Assembly: GCA_010093815.1 (NCBI GenBank)
Contig: ML996567.1
Reading direction: 5' to 3' (one strand)
Length of the DNA: 64,000 bases
DNA from: Pseudovirgaria hyperparasitica
Taxonomy: Eukaryota
Part shown: positions 35,147-48,221 of the stretch, one piece after another
How the letters are laid out: the number at the start of each line of letters is the position of its first letter
Position numbering within the stretch: position 1 is the first letter of the stretch
Translations under genes and position numbers: made by a program
Notes under the pieces: model-generated
The model's input: the letters and a program-made list of their open reading frames with translations, nothing else
Databases searched by the model: none
What the model was told of the DNA's origin: nothing

Positions 35147-38100
35147 TCATATGCTTGCTCGCCTAGGAGCCATGGTCCTTCGCAAGTTCTTCTGCCTCTC
35201 ATTCTCTTCCATGACAGGCAACACTCCTTCATCTCTGAGTTGGGCGAGATACTGCTTGCCGTACTGATAACCAAGCTGGTAGAGCTCGTCAAACTTTGCA
35301 AATTCCAAAGTTCCGTACGGGTCGATAGGTGGTCTCATGTACCGACAACCAGGTGTAGTCTTGGCTCGTTCCAGTGCATCGACACTCGACACGTATGCAA
35401 GCCGAGCCTGGATCTCAGATAGCGTCGGGGGATTTGGTACCGCCGAGAATGGGTTCCATCGATTCATCGCGGCCCAGAATCCAGATAGGGAGTCTCCAAA
35501 ATTCTGTGGTGCATCGTCGTCGAGGCTTCCGACATCTATGGCAAAGATAACATCTGCACCTAATGCTTTCATGTGGGAAACGGTCAAATTATCGACGTAG
35601 CCTCCGTCCAGCAGCATGCTGCCATTATCGCAGATGGGCGGGAGCAGACCTGCCAGAGACATCGAGGCTCTAACATATCGCCATACATAGCCTCTGGTAT
35701 GGATTTGTGATCGACTCTTGCTGATGTTCGTAGTGTTGCAATAGAACTCAAGCCAAAAATCTTCTATTTGGGAATTACCAAAGGTCTTAAAGATTCCACG
35801 ATTAAATTCGTGGCCTGTTGTGTAAGAGGCCCTGTTCAAGTCAGCACAGTGTCATCTGGTAGCAGAGGAGATACGGACGTGGGATACGTGAGGTCTAAAG
35901 CGAACCTCCACATGCTACCCATCCGGCCGGCAAACTTCTTTGCTCGTCCATACATAGGTACCACGTCGGCGTCCCAGGCGTAGAGTGCACCGATAAAGGC
36001 TCCAATCGATGTGCCACCGACAATATCGATAGGAATTCCCGCTTCCTCTAGAGCCCTAATGATGCCAACTTGAGATATGCCACGGGCACCTCCACCGCCA
36101 AGAACAAGACCTACAGACTTACCGCAAAGTCTTCGTGCAAGTCTATGAAAGTCACCCTTGAAAGGCGTCTCAGCTGAGTACAGGGGTGTCTGCCTGACCT
36201 TTCGAGAGGTATACTTCTGTATCTCTGCCTGTAAAACCTGTACTCTTTGCTTTAGCGCAGATCCAAATCGCCGCCCAGGCGTGTGCACTGGTTCGGTCGT
36301 TGATCGGTGCGACATTTGAATATGGTGATGGCTGCCATTGATCCAGACCCTATTTCTGAGCCAACGTCTGGTCAATCCAGGAGGACAATAACGCTCTGAA
36401 TGAAGCAGGACAAGCTCTTTCCTCGCGGTTGTTTTGGTCGTCAACAGGAACCTTTCGTACTCGCCAACGTCTGGAGTGCCTTCTGCAAGGCCCACGAGCA
36501 GAATACAATCCGCTTGGCTGATACAGGTTTGAGTCCAAGGAGACTTGACATTGGTATCTGCAACATACAGCACCATGCCGTATTTCTCTTCAAGATCGGC
36601 CAGATACTGTGCAAGCTTCAGCTTACCCATTCTACTGAAAGCATGTCGACCAAGATGATTCAAGATTGCGGCTTGATTCAGAGAAACGACTCCATTCGGA
36701 GTTCCGATCTGTGAAAGGGCACTGAGAAGTCTACTGGCGAACTCCACGACAGGTACGCCAGCAGTGACGGGCAATATTGATATCGTTCGTAAATTAATCG
36801 TCGATGATACGTTCTTTTGCGTAGCTGTGGTGAGACTTTTCTCTTTGGGCTCATTCATAGGATCATCTATCAAGGCTCGCATTCGATTTGCCAGAATCTT
36901 TGAAATCTTAATCGTGATACCAGGATGCTCCAAAGCGAGGCTGTTGAACAACGTCTTGGGAAATTTTGCTAGTTCTGTATCACGTATTGCATGTAGCGAG
37001 CCAGGACGACGGGACTCTGTGAGGACTTCCAGTTCGCCTACGCTGTCGCCTTGACCGTATTCGCCGATGAACTTATTCCCATCCTCACTTTCCTGTATTG
37101 CGCGGAGACGACCATTCAAAACGATGTATATGGCATCACTCTCGTCTCCTTGGTTGTATATGACCTGCCCGGCATTGACTTGTACCCATTCAAGAGCAAA
37201 ATCAATGTGGAGAATCAATCGCGGCAAGAGCGTGGTCAGTCGCTTAGCCATAGTTAATAACACAACAGGAAATTGGTCCACGATCCGATCCATGGCTGCG
37301 CGTGGTAGAAACCCGACATATACATCGGTCTTTGCAGTGACGTCGATGAATGACCGATACGATGAGACTGTCCCAAGATACCCCGCAAGCCCACCGGGCT
37401 TTGTCAAGAAAAGGCTCTTTCTGCGGCTCTTTTTCCCATTTGCGTCTTTGTTTAGAGCAGAATTATGCTGTGAGTGTTTTCGAGGACCGAGTTTAGGTAT
37501 CGCTTTGGGACCAAACAGGTCAGAGGGAGCTATGGTCGACGATCTAGGTGCTGTGCCTAAAATATTTTGGTCCGATGCATCATCCTCAACAGGTATACCA
37601 ACATCGAGGAAGCCATCAATTACATAGTAAAGACCAGGGTTTCTCTCTCCTTGTTCAACGAGTACAGATCCTTTTGGGAAGAAGACAATCTCGACTTCGT
37701 TCGACAATTCTTCTAGTGCCAGATGTGGACCACTGCTGCTGAACCCCGACATCGAAGCAGATGCTATTGATTCAGACTCGCCATCCCCCGAATCTTCGTA
37801 TGGATGCATGAAACCGAACGCATTGCTGAATACAGCCTTCTGTTTTCTGGAATCGAATGACACCAAGCGGGGAGATTGTTCGACTGACTCAGACCTCGGA
37901 AGTGTATTCTTGGTATTGGAGAGTCCAATAGCCTTGAACATACAGTCCAGTACAGCTTCGCGGAAGATGCTATCCTCATCAAGAGATTCCTGGCGCTGCA
38001 AAGGTATGTTGCCCCGCCGCTGATTAGCGAGGGGGTTGAAGTTTGCTCTCTCTAGTGGTGTTACCACCTCTCTGCGAGAAGGAACGCGGCCTTCATACGG

Positions 38101-39783
38101 CTGAGAGAAGCTCAGGCGAGATTGTCGGGTCCCGCTCGTATTGACAGACCCGTTCGTGAGGAGATCACCTGCACTTACACCCGATCTTTCGGAATCAGCA
38201 GTAGTCATTCTGAGAGTTGCGTTGGTAGCTCCGTTTAGATTTCGACCTGCAGCAGCTCTAGCATGGGAAGCAGCTTCTTTTCGAAGACCACCGCTCGATC
38301 TGCGTCGCCGGTGCACACCGGCATTAGAATTGTGTAATGCAATCCCTTTCATTCCTTCTTCTGGTCCTGTTCTTTCACGCTCCTTCGCAAACTTGTCTTT
38401 GAGCCTTTCTAGGGGCGAGTCCCGGAGAAATCCTGGCAAATCGTAGGTCGTGTATTTGTTCATCAGCCGTTCTGTTCGGAGAACTTCACTCGTCAAGCCC
38501 AGATATGCGTGACCTGTCGAGAGCGTGACTCTTTGTAAGCGAGTCAGAATAACCTGAACGATGTGGGATGAGGCCCGAGGATAGAGTCTGGTCAATCGAT
38601 GAAAAGCTGTGGCTGGTATCACAGCGATTGTAGTATCTGTCGTAGCCCTGGCCACAATATCGGGATGGGCAGATTTTGGCACGCGTGAACGGGGTCGAGT
38701 CTGCCGATTAGCATTATTCATGGACTCAGGATCCAAAGATAATGGAGGGATACGTGGGAGCTTTCCACTTGCAGGCGAGTTCGGAAGAGATTGCTCTTTA
38801 GCTTGCCTGAGTTCCAGGGAATTGCGATGTATATGCATGGGGCTCCCAGGCACAGACTCGTTAGGAGTCGTGAGTCCCGGACCTGTAGAGTTATCTGTCC
38901 CAGGCCTAGTAGCTACGCTTTCTTCGTCTTCTTCGTGGCGAAGTTTTACATCCTCAGTGAAGAGGGACAGTATTGAAAAGAGAGAAGATAGTGGAGCACC
39001 GTTCTTCACCTCGCTCAAAAGTTGATACCCCTGGTTATGTTCTCTATCTCCACCCTCCTCATCAGAGCTTCCTTCACCATGAGTATCATCGCCCTTCTCG
39101 GATACGTTCGATTCCCTTGCATTGGATTTGACGAAGATCTGCACCAGACCATCGACAACGATACAGAAACCCTTCTCTTCTTCGAGTAATAATGTCTCGC
39201 CTGCAATCAACTTTCTTGTCTGCATGGTCCGGGTCAGCTCGTGGAAGACCGGCCGTTCAAGATAGCCAAAGACTTTGATGGCGCTCAGGAATTCGTCCAA
39301 GTAATTGGTCAGCCCACGTTTAGAATCACCGTCCTGCGAATCTGGAAACACTTCAACTTGTGGCTCCTGTCGTTGGGGTTCTGCTGGTAGACGAGAATAC
39401 ATATTCAGAACGCGATATCGTACTATCCAGCTCACAGTCGAAGCGAAGGCAACTAAAAGGACCATACTAAGTTGGTCAGCCAGGAAAGCGGCATTTTAGG
39501 CTGGTAAAGGCTCTTACAGCGTAGTGAAGTTCATGGTAAAGGTCAAACTCATTGAAAACAGGGTGAACAGCCATGTCGGCAGCGTAATGGTCAGAAATGT
39601 GACTGTCCAATACAGCACCCCCGGAATCACACGAAGGATTGCCAAAAGGATACGGGCGATAATGGCTAGAACAGAGCTGGAGGTTTGTACCTCCGAAGCA
39701 GTAGCAATGTCAGTTGCAGATGCGATTTGACTGGAGAAATCAGCTACAGCTGTCACAACTGATGTCGGTACGGACGAATCCAT
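35147..39783 (-). CDS. NTE1: Lysophospholipase NTE1 (cNMP-binding domains plus patatin domain)
   Basis: Exons 39783-39518, 39466-35879, 35831-35147. GGGGARG, GTSIG and DGG patatin motifs; cNMP-like domains; ends PRRASI. Confidence 0.97.
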
Positions 39784-40031
39784 GGCGGGCAGAACGATAT
39801 CTCGACGGCTTGTATTGTCAAGGGAGGAAACGAGCCTCAGTATGGAAAGACGCTAAATTGTAACATTGTCGAGGGCGAAGTAGCGAGACCTCATTAACGG
39901 GGAGGGCATGGAAGCATTAAACCACGGGTTCTACAGCAAGTTGACGCTGGAACAAGCAACTGTGGAGAACGTGAATCTGGCTGCGTTGCGGGTGCCTCGG
40001 GCGATGGATTGTGGGTCCATTGGGTCATGGG

Positions 40032-40064
40032 TGCCTTAATGCCTTAATGCCTTAATGCCTGAGG
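40032..40064. repeat. (TGCCTTAA)x3 plus TGCCTGAGG in the NTE1/PAF1 divergent promoter
   Basis: Direct 8-bp tandem repeat read from the sequence. Confidence 0.85.
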
Positions 40065-40610
40065 GTTGACTTGTTATCACCATCGCCCACTACAACCTTG
40101 TCCCTCACCGTCTGCTCCTCTACATGTCTATTCTGAGTCAAGCATATAGCAAGAGATTAAATATACAGTGTCTTGCGACTGTGGGATTTCTGCGCGTCAA
40201 TGGTAGCTAGACGTCACGAGAGGATCTTTAGGCTCGTACATAGAACATTTTACAGTCCTTACCGTATACCTCAATGGAAAGTTACTTTGCAGATATCTTA
40301 GCACAGACAACTGGTCGCATGGCTCGTTTATTCTGCTTCCACCTATCCACTATTGCTATCGGTTATTCATGCAGCCTATATGTATGGTGCCTGTGTTCAT
40401 AGAGTGAATAGCAACGCAGATTACAATTATCACTTTGGAGTTCGGTGCCTGAGGCAATAGGTCACTGAATTCTTGGCTCCTCCGCCCAACCTCCGACGCG
40501 ACAAGTTTGACACGAATAGTGGAAATCTGATCACGCATCTCTTCACACTTCTTCCTGGTGAAAAGACCCTATTACAAGGCCGATATATTCTTTGAGCTCA
40601 ATTTGAGAAG

Positions 40611-41980
40611 ATGGCGAGCTCATCTGCACGTCCTGAGCGAGTGTATCACCAAGACTATATCGCGCGCGTGCGATATTCCAATGCTCTGCCTCCTCCGCCA
40701 AACCCTCCAAAACTGTTGGACATCCCAAATACTGGACTCTCTAGTGGCCAGTATACATCGGCCGCATATGCTTCCCGCCTAGCGCGTGAACAGCCGCTCA
40801 ATATCGAAGCAGATGCCGAATTAGGCATGCCCATCGACCTTGTCGGTCTACCAGGCGTCTTCGATGGCGATGAGACTGGTTCGTGAAATCTATCATCTTA
40901 ATAAGGATATACAGCTCACTCTTCTTAGTGATCCAGAGTATGGACCGCCCACCAGCTCCTCATCCACATGACAGACCGCTACTCCGACCCTTGTCGACAC
41001 TTGGAAAGTCAAGCAGTGCTACTCAAGGTGTGAGTTTCTTGCGGCGGACTGAATATATCACATCTGCAGGATCAGCTCGGCACGATATTCCCAAGGAATT
41101 CATGAGGCCGCGTCAAGTAAAGAAGCGTCGCCATACCGATTCCCACAGTGACGACCCTATTTCAATCATTCGCGCGATATACAAGGGCTTTGACCTTGCA
41201 TATCCTAATGAGGCATACACTGGCCCAGATTCGACGGAGAAGATTCGCGGCGCAGAAATTTCGCCTGAAGAGCGAAGTGCTTGGAAGTTTCCCGTACATC
41301 CCTCTAAGCCTGACGTTAAAGTCGTGGACAGTTATCCTATTCTCCCTGACATGGATGCATTCGCAGACGCACCCGGCTACAGTGTCATGAAATTCGTTTC
41401 TGCCCCTGTCGACAAGCAAGACAAATACGATCGTCGATTAGATACATGTGTTTTCAGACCTCTAGTTGATCCGGTGCGTCAGCAGGAGTACGAGGCCCAA
41501 AGAGCCATCGATCCTTCGGCTGCACCTCCCAAATTTGACTATGAGCTCTACTTACCCCAGAGTGAGTCTGTTGGAAACATCAAAAGGAAGTTCAACGTTC
41601 TAGATCCTGGCAACAATGACGACGATCTCTACGACGAACAGACACGCAACACCGATACTCCACACTTCAGGTTCGACAAAGTACGCACCTACGAGACTTT
41701 CCAGCATAGCGAGACTTCCGGTCTATATTCAGAGCACGTTGCGGTGGCTCTGCATGACGCACCAGCAGGGTCCAAGAAGCAGAAAGCTGCTTATATCTAC
41801 CCCATACTGAACAGAACCATAATTCGCCCAAGGAGGAAAGTCAATCGGCCTGGTCCGTCTGAGGAACAAGAAGATAGCGCGGATGTCATACAATTGACAG
41901 TCAGGGATTTAGATGAAGAAGAAGTGAATGAGAGGGAACGAATACTACAGGAGAAGTACATGGCTGCGACAACGAGTTAA
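40611..41980 (+). CDS. PAF1: RNA polymerase II-associated factor Paf1
   Basis: Exons 40611-40878, 40929-41980. QDYIARVRYSNALPPPP.PPKLL, ELGMPIDL, VSFLRRTEYI, HPSKP...YPILPD. Confidence 0.95.
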
Positions 41981-42699
41981 AGTATCTTGAATAGGCCATG
42001 AACTGATTGATGCCTCTTTTTTTCATTGGTCCGAAAATCGCCTTGATAGCCTCGAAGGGCGAGGTCAATTGCATAGCGCGGAGTTCAGGCTAAGGACCAA
42101 GATACTCTGCTTACGCAAATGGTAACATATAATAAGTGTTGATCTTTCCTTTCAGACGTGTTTCAGGTCACCCAGTGTACGGGATGAGCAAAACTTCAGC
42201 ATCTGCTCAATATCGATTGTGGTCATTATTGTCGAGTTCGAGCAAGCAGTGAGCATATTTCCTACGCATGTGCACACACGTGGGTGCGCGCCGAACCGTG
42301 ATTGTTGTGGCCTATGAGCTTTCTGTGCTTGTTTTTCCTTGGCGCGTAGTTGCCTCTCCCGGTTGTATTCTTTCTCTTTCCACATTCTACACTGTGCGAA
42401 TTCCCCCAGTATACTTCTTCAAATTCGAGCCAATTTCGTCCAACACGCGAGACTATCCCCTTCGTCACCTCTGTTTGCATTCCAGCTGGCAGCTAGTGCG
42501 TTTCACATGGTCTGTCTGTTCACTGTCACCCTCATCGAATGACCTAACCTTCGCCATGAGACTCTTCCCTCACAGACCACGGCATTCCCCTACGACGTCG
42601 AAGCTTCTGCAAGACAGGTACACTCGATCAGACCATACTTCGCGTCGTACTTCACACCAATTCACTCTGGCAAGAACATCTGCTTCAACAGCTACAGCC

Positions 42700-44760
42700 A
42701 TGCCTCCTTTCGACGAGGAGACTCAGGCAGACGCCAAGGTCAGCCGCAGTAACAAAAAAAGCCTGATCACCTTCGGTTGCCTACAAGTGTTTGTGGTCTC
42801 GACGTTCCTTGCTATTGGTTACGTTGTGGGCACTGCAGCTGCGCCAAGTTCTCCTGAGAGAAGCTATGCTGGTGGCATAGCTTGGATCATTGTCTCTTTG
42901 GTCGCTGTTGGATGTGCTAGCGTATCTGCGTGGATACTATGGAAGAGACAACAAGCTAACAAGGTCAATGACACGTTTACCTTTGGCCAAGGGGCACTCC
43001 TATCGGAAGAGAAAAGGCCCACGCTGCTCCAAAACCCAGTGATGAACAGACCAAATACCGACCAAGAAAACTTACGCCTTGACCGCCAGCTCAAGGAGCC
43101 AGCAGAAGCAATCGATGATACCTACGAGCAAAACCCTTTTGACTCACCAAGGTCTGTCAGAGAGAAACAGCCACGAGCAGAGACAAAACGCACAGTCAGC
43201 AATGGAAGCATCGAACTGCAGTTACTTGGACAGGGGCCACCACGTGCAGGCCCAGTATCACAACGGCCTCATACTCTTACGCTGCCACGCTCGGGATCTC
43301 AAAGCTTGCAAAATATGATAGTTGCCAACTATATTGGGGACGGTAACTCTCTACCTAGAACTCCAGTCACTATCAAGTCTCAGCGATCGTCGATCGGACC
43401 GGGCAATCAGCTTGCTGGATGTGAGAGGCGAGTTTCTACGGATCCTGCAGCTTATTTCCGCAATCGATCAATGACGAAAGACACTATCAGCTCTAGCACT
43501 AGCGATGAGACCGTGAAGCCGAATCTCATGCCACCCAAGATTGATTCCGAGTTCTGGCGTAGCGTGGAGCGTTCCACCTCCCGTCAGGACGATGTACCAT
43601 CGTTCGTTCATCCTGCTAGCGTTGTCATGAAGCCGTCACCAACTGAGCCAGCGTCTCCGACCCCAGGAGCTCGCGACTCAATGGCTTTTCATCCACCACG
43701 TCAATCTAGCCTCCCGCCATCGAATAGTGGTAGTGACACAAGCTCTACTGCCTTAACTACGACTCCTGAGGCTGCAGAGAGGAGCATTGTTGACGGACCA
43801 GAATGGAGTTATCCGGGAATATCCATAGGAAATGACTCTCAACGAAGCTCAGTGATCCTCGACGAATCAAGCATGAACAGGCGCTCTTACAGCATCGTAT
43901 TTCCAAAGAGACTGAGCAGCCTTGGTGCGCCAACTGGGCTGACCACATCCATGTTATCCACTGCCAGCGGTAACGAGACAGTCCCACATTTCAGCGTACC
44001 TAGGACCCCGAGCAGGCAAACATCCATGGTCTCGCTGAATGACCATGATCGGAGTGTCAGTCCAGTCATAGCTCTATATGCTGAGATGAACAACAGCTCC
44101 AATACCAGTTTGGAAAATGTCAAATACGCAATACATGAAAATGCCACATCTCCAGATCCGCATTCTGCGCAAATTGCACTATCGACGGCTCAGATAGAGG
44201 AGACAGCTGATCATACTCTGGGTAATGGACTTCCGCAGGTGAAGATGCGACCCGAATCCTCCACTCTGCCTCGCCCGGACACTTATCCAACTCTCCAGTT
44301 CACCGAGACGTCAAGCGATAATGGGCCGTTTGCATACGATGAATCTAGGTACCGTCTACATCCTCTTTCGAACAACGATAGACATGGCATTGAACCTGGC
44401 TCACGGCACGTCGAGGATGACACGATTACCCCAGTGGTCAGGCCGTTTTCAAATCCAATGACACCGTCGGCCTCCACTATGACCATGTCGACCTCTGTAA
44501 GCTCCTTCGAGCCATCTCTGTTCTCATCTCAGATCAATCTCAGAGCTGCGGAGGTCTCTCCCAAGAGAAACAGCGCCGGCTCGACGCCAACGAAACGTAG
44601 CTCTGCTGTCAACCTCAGCTCCCGAAAGACCTCGACCGATCGGCTGAGCTTCAAGTCTGCTAAGACTAACCAAACTCAGGGAACTGAGAACGACGATGAC
44701 GACGAAGACCGTGATGATCGGAGAAGCTGGAGCCGCGTGAACATGTATCGCGGTAGCTGA
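42700..44760 (+). CDS. Hypothetical membrane protein (two N-terminal TM segments, long S/P/T-rich tail)
   Basis: Long open frame. The ATG at 42700 (acagccATG) is followed by two hydrophobic helices (LITFGCLQVFVVSTFLAIGYVVG; GIAWIIVSLVAVGCASVSAWILW). An alternative upstream ATG lies at 42556. Confidence 0.7.
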   Translation: MPPFDEETQADAKVSRSNKKSLITFGCLQVFVVSTFLAIGYVVGTAAAPSSPERSYAGGIAWIIVSLVAVGCASVSAWILWKRQQANKVNDTFTFGQGALLSEEKRPTLLQNPVMNRPNTDQENLRLDRQLKEPAEAIDDTYEQNPFDSPRSVREKQPRAETKRTVSNGSIELQLLGQGPPRAGPVSQRPHTLTLPRSGSQSLQNMIVANYIGDGNSLPRTPVTIKSQRSSIGPGNQLAGCERRVSTDPAAYFRNRSMTKDTISSSTSDETVKPNLMPPKIDSEFWRSVERSTSRQDDVPSFVHPASVVMKPSPTEPASPTPGARDSMAFHPPRQSSLPPSNSGSDTSSTALTTTPEAAERSIVDGPEWSYPGISIGNDSQRSSVILDESSMNRRSYSIVFPKRLSSLGAPTGLTTSMLSTASGNETVPHFSVPRTPSRQTSMVSLNDHDRSVSPVIALYAEMNNSSNTSLENVKYAIHENATSPDPHSAQIALSTAQIEETADHTLGNGLPQVKMRPESSTLPRPDTYPTLQFTETSSDNGPFAYDESRYRLHPLSNNDRHGIEPGSRHVEDDTITPVVRPFSNPMTPSASTMTMSTSVSSFEPSLFSSQINLRAAEVSPKRNSAGSTPTKRSSAVNLSSRKTSTDRLSFKSAKTNQTQGTENDDDDEDRDDRRSWSRVNMYRGS

Positions 44761-45332
44761 AGCACCTTGGAGCGATCAAGGAGCAATAAACTTTGTTCGC
44801 AGTACCATAACGATACGTATACGGTCGCCGTGACGGAGCTGGTCACCATTTCCGCGAGAGTTGGGCCTCATGGGCTCATCTTTACTAACTTACCGAAAAT
44901 GACCTGCATTTCCCCGTTCAAAACGTCATTCGGCATTTCATTTCTTGTTCGACGCGTGTGTTTTATCACTTTACTCTCTAATCTTCCTCATGGGCTGCAT
45001 CTTTGCAACACTGACGGGGTGTAAAATTTTGGGAAATACCTGGCTGCCATCGACTGTTTTGTCCAGCCAATCTGTTCTTTCTACTGGTCTTTCAGTGGAC
45101 AATTGATGTAATACCACACCACAAATGGAATGTTTACTGCTGTGATTTCGGAAGCAAATATGTATTATAAGCGTAATAGAAAATTCATGGCATATGATCC
45201 ATTTCAATTCCAATGTTCATGTGATGGTAAACGCTGATGTAGCCGTGAAGCGCAATTCGTTATGCCCGTAGAAAATGCATGCACAATACTTTCAAACAGT
45301 AATATAAATCATCTTGGAGTAACGTCTTGTCA

Positions 45333-47111
45333 TCACCTCCGGCCAATCTTCCGATCCTCTCTCCTCCTCTTCTCCTTCTTCGCCTCTCTCCTCCTGTCCT
45401 TCCACGCCTTATTTGTCTGGGCTCTATTTTCCCAAAACTTACGCGCAAACTCGCTTTCATCCTTCTTGCTCTTCTTCCCTGTCGGAGTATGCTCAACACC
45501 ATCCTCGTCTTCCTCATCAGCTTCATCTATAGCAGCGCTGTCTCTCGCGCTTGGCGACAACTCGTCTTCTTCGGCGCTCGCATCGCGCCACGGCGCACGT
45601 AGTTTCTTGCCAATGGCCGCGGTGTCAGGAGTCGGGGCAGCGCTGCGCAGACCACGCCATTCGAGGTCTTGGCGCGTAAATGGAGTGTGGGGTGGGTTGT
45701 TGGATAAGTGGTCGTCAGCATCGGCATCATCATCCATCTCGGCAGAGGAGTCCTCGTCATCGGCACCTCCGCTGCCGCCGAAGAATGTGAAGGATGTCTT
45801 GATGGGCGCGAGCTGCTTTTGCTGTTTACCCTGGGTGGGGCTCTTGGGGCGTTTGAATAGCGCCTCTAGGGGATGGACGGAGGAAGAGGTTGTTGCTGTT
45901 GTTGGTGGGGTCGGGTCTGTTGTTATGATCTCAGGGGCAGAGGTGAGGATTGAGGAGGGTCTAGGGGTTGAGATTGGGGATGAGGGGGTCGATGCAACAG
46001 AATCCGCGGAGCTGACTGCGGAACTACTTGATGATACCACGGAAGAATCGCTGTCTTCGCTCTCGGTCGGATCAGGCGAAGATTGAGGTGCTGATTCTGG
46101 TTTCTTCCAAGGTTCAGTGGCTTCCCTTGTCTCATCGCCGTTAGTAGCGGTAGACTTCTTGTTTATTGATGGCTTATGACGATCTTGAAGATTGCTCCCG
46201 GTCGTAACAATCATCATGTCGTCAACTCGCTCTCTTTCGTGCTTCCGATTCTTTCTTCCGTCCTCTACGACATTACCATCTACATCGACCCAACCCTTCC
46301 CCTCGACGAATTCCGAGGCCGGCTTGGCATTCGTTCTTAGACCACTATCTCTAAGGAAAGTAGCATGCTTTTTCGTCCTCTCAAACTCATGCACGACAAC
46401 ATCGCGGTCAGAGGAGCTCTTGTGTTGATCTTTTTTACTCTTCTTTTTCGCAGCCTTCTCACTTACGGGACCTGCGTTCAGCGGAAGCTTGGTCCTGAAA
46501 AGCATTTCCGGCTCCTTTGTAAATTGCGACTTCTCCTGTAGCTTCTTCTCTTTGTTGCTTTTGCTTTCCTTCTTATCTTTGCTAGCCTTCTTCTTCCGTT
46601 CGCGGGTTGGCTTCGCAGGCTCTGTCCATCCACGTCTGACTTTGCGCTCATCCGGAAGCTCTATTCCATCCAGTACACCTTGCTGTTCTTTGTGTTTCTT
46701 CGACTTCTTTTTCGGCCGATCCTGTTCTTCTACATCAACGCCATCGGCCTCGCTTGCTCCAGCCTCGCGCTTCTTCTTCCGCTTCTCGGGCTTTGCCTCT
46801 TCAATCTGTACTTTTGAGCCCTTCAAGATAGAGCCGTTGAGCTTCTTCTTCAATTTAGTTGCTTCCATGGTGGGCAACTCAACGAAGCCAAAGCTCTTTT
46901 CCGGAAACGTTTGTACTGTGTGGTATGATATATTGGAAACCTGCTCCTGCAATGATGGTGGGATATATGTCTTCAGTAATTCTGGTGTGAGCGGTGATAT
47001 ATGAAGGCGAACGCGTTGAAGGGGATCTACGGTTGTGCCTGCGGGAAGTGCTGTGCTTTTGGAAGGAGTTGCGCCGGCGGTTGGGGACGTGAGCGCTTGG
47101 AGTGATGACAT
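45333..47111 (-). CDS. Nop8/NOL8-like nucleolar RRM protein
   Basis: N-terminal RRM (RLHISPL...SFGFVEL...KKKLNGSILKGSKVQIEEAKP), K-rich and S-rich tracts, C-terminal FWENRAQTNKAWKDRRREAKK. Confidence 0.75.
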   Translation of the reverse strand: MSSLQALTSPTAGATPSKSTALPAGTTVDPLQRVRLHISPLTPELLKTYIPPSLQEQVSNISYHTVQTFPEKSFGFVELPTMEATKLKKKLNGSILKGSKVQIEEAKPEKRKKKREAGASEADGVDVEEQDRPKKKSKKHKEQQGVLDGIELPDERKVRRGWTEPAKPTRERKKKASKDKKESKSNKEKKLQEKSQFTKEPEMLFRTKLPLNAGPVSEKAAKKKSKKDQHKSSSDRDVVVHEFERTKKHATFLRDSGLRTNAKPASEFVEGKGWVDVDGNVVEDGRKNRKHERERVDDMMIVTTGSNLQDRHKPSINKKSTATNGDETREATEPWKKPESAPQSSPDPTESEDSDSSVVSSSSSAVSSADSVASTPSSPISTPRPSSILTSAPEIITTDPTPPTTATTSSSVHPLEALFKRPKSPTQGKQQKQLAPIKTSFTFFGGSGGADDEDSSAEMDDDADADDHLSNNPPHTPFTRQDLEWRGLRSAAPTPDTAAIGKKLRAPWRDASAEEDELSPSARDSAAIDEADEEDEDGVEHTPTGKKSKKDESEFARKFWENRAQTNKAWKDRRREAKKEKRRREDRKIGRR

Positions 47112-47441
47112 TTGCAGAGCCTAGTGCGCACAGTAGGCAAAAAGAGGCACAAACGTGGAGAGGCAGACGAGAATGAGTATGCAGCAGTATCTATATTGAT
47201 ACTCCGGCTGTAGAGCTGGGCGCGTAGAAGCGCAAGAGGTACGTCTCGTGTGGGGGAAAATAAGACTCGACGAGAATCGGAGGACGGTAGCTCCTTTGAG
47301 TGGCTAGGCTTTTGACAAGCTAAGCCAGGGTCTGCCGCGCGGGCCTCAAGCTTCGTAGATCAAACGTCAAGGGACAAGCGACCAGACAACATCTCGCAAG
47401 CGTGCTCACGGCGATGAGCTCGTCGCATACATATGATAGCT

Positions 47442-48052
47442 ATGGGTAGCCAGTCAAGACTGTTATATCTCCTCATTGCGCTCTGCACAGTCGTTGCTCT
47501 CGTGTCCGCAGCCTGTGAGCCACCCCTCCTGCCGCAACGTGAAACTCCATATGCTAACACATGGACAACATAGCACCGACGTCTTTTTGCAAATGCACCT
47601 GCTTCACCAATAGCACGATCATCGCTCTGAATAGTCCCACAAGCGTAGAATCAGAACGTGGTCTGCTTGCACGTGAGAATATCGAAACGAGAAAGAGCAA
47701 AAGAACATGCAACGACTGTAATCGACAGTTCTGCTTAGGCTACAACTTGCCTATATGTAAGGGTGCAACAGAGGAGGATGTATTCACAACCTGTTTTCGT
47801 ATGTATATGCTCCCTCTAGAAATCGAGTCTAACGGTATTGCAGAAAGAGACTCGGCGAAAGACCAGGCAGTCGTCTTCATATTCATAATAGCCACGGCTG
47901 GATTACTCGCCTACGCAGCGATAAGACCTTGGATCGATAAATGGGTGCAGGTAATGTGGCCTAGCCTGTTGGAAATTGCCAAAACTGACAGTGTTCAGAA
48001 CGCGCGCGATAGACAGGCTTATATGCCCGTGTCGAACCAAGGCGACCAGTAG
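47442..48052 (+). CDS. Small conserved fungal membrane protein (signal peptide, Cys-rich ectodomain, one TM)
   Basis: Exons 47442-47514, 47574-47798, 47844-47950, 47999-48052 join in frame. FCKCTCF...CNDCNRQFCL...TCFQRDSAKDQAVVFIFIIATAGLL. Confidence 0.8.
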
Positions 48053-48221
48053 CGCACCAAACATTGCATGACAACAGAGGCAAGTTGGAGTTCCGGAGCG
48101 ATTGGTGACACTTTCGTCAATTATGTATTTGAATTGGAAAGGTCTAGCTTTGGGAGAAACGCCGCTCCGCATGGACAATGTACAAATCTTCGAAACCATA
48201 ATATACAAATTAGAATCGCCT

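Noticed and set aside
45262..46086. 274-aa plus-strand ORF
   Set aside because: Antisense shadow of the low-complexity Nop8-like gene.
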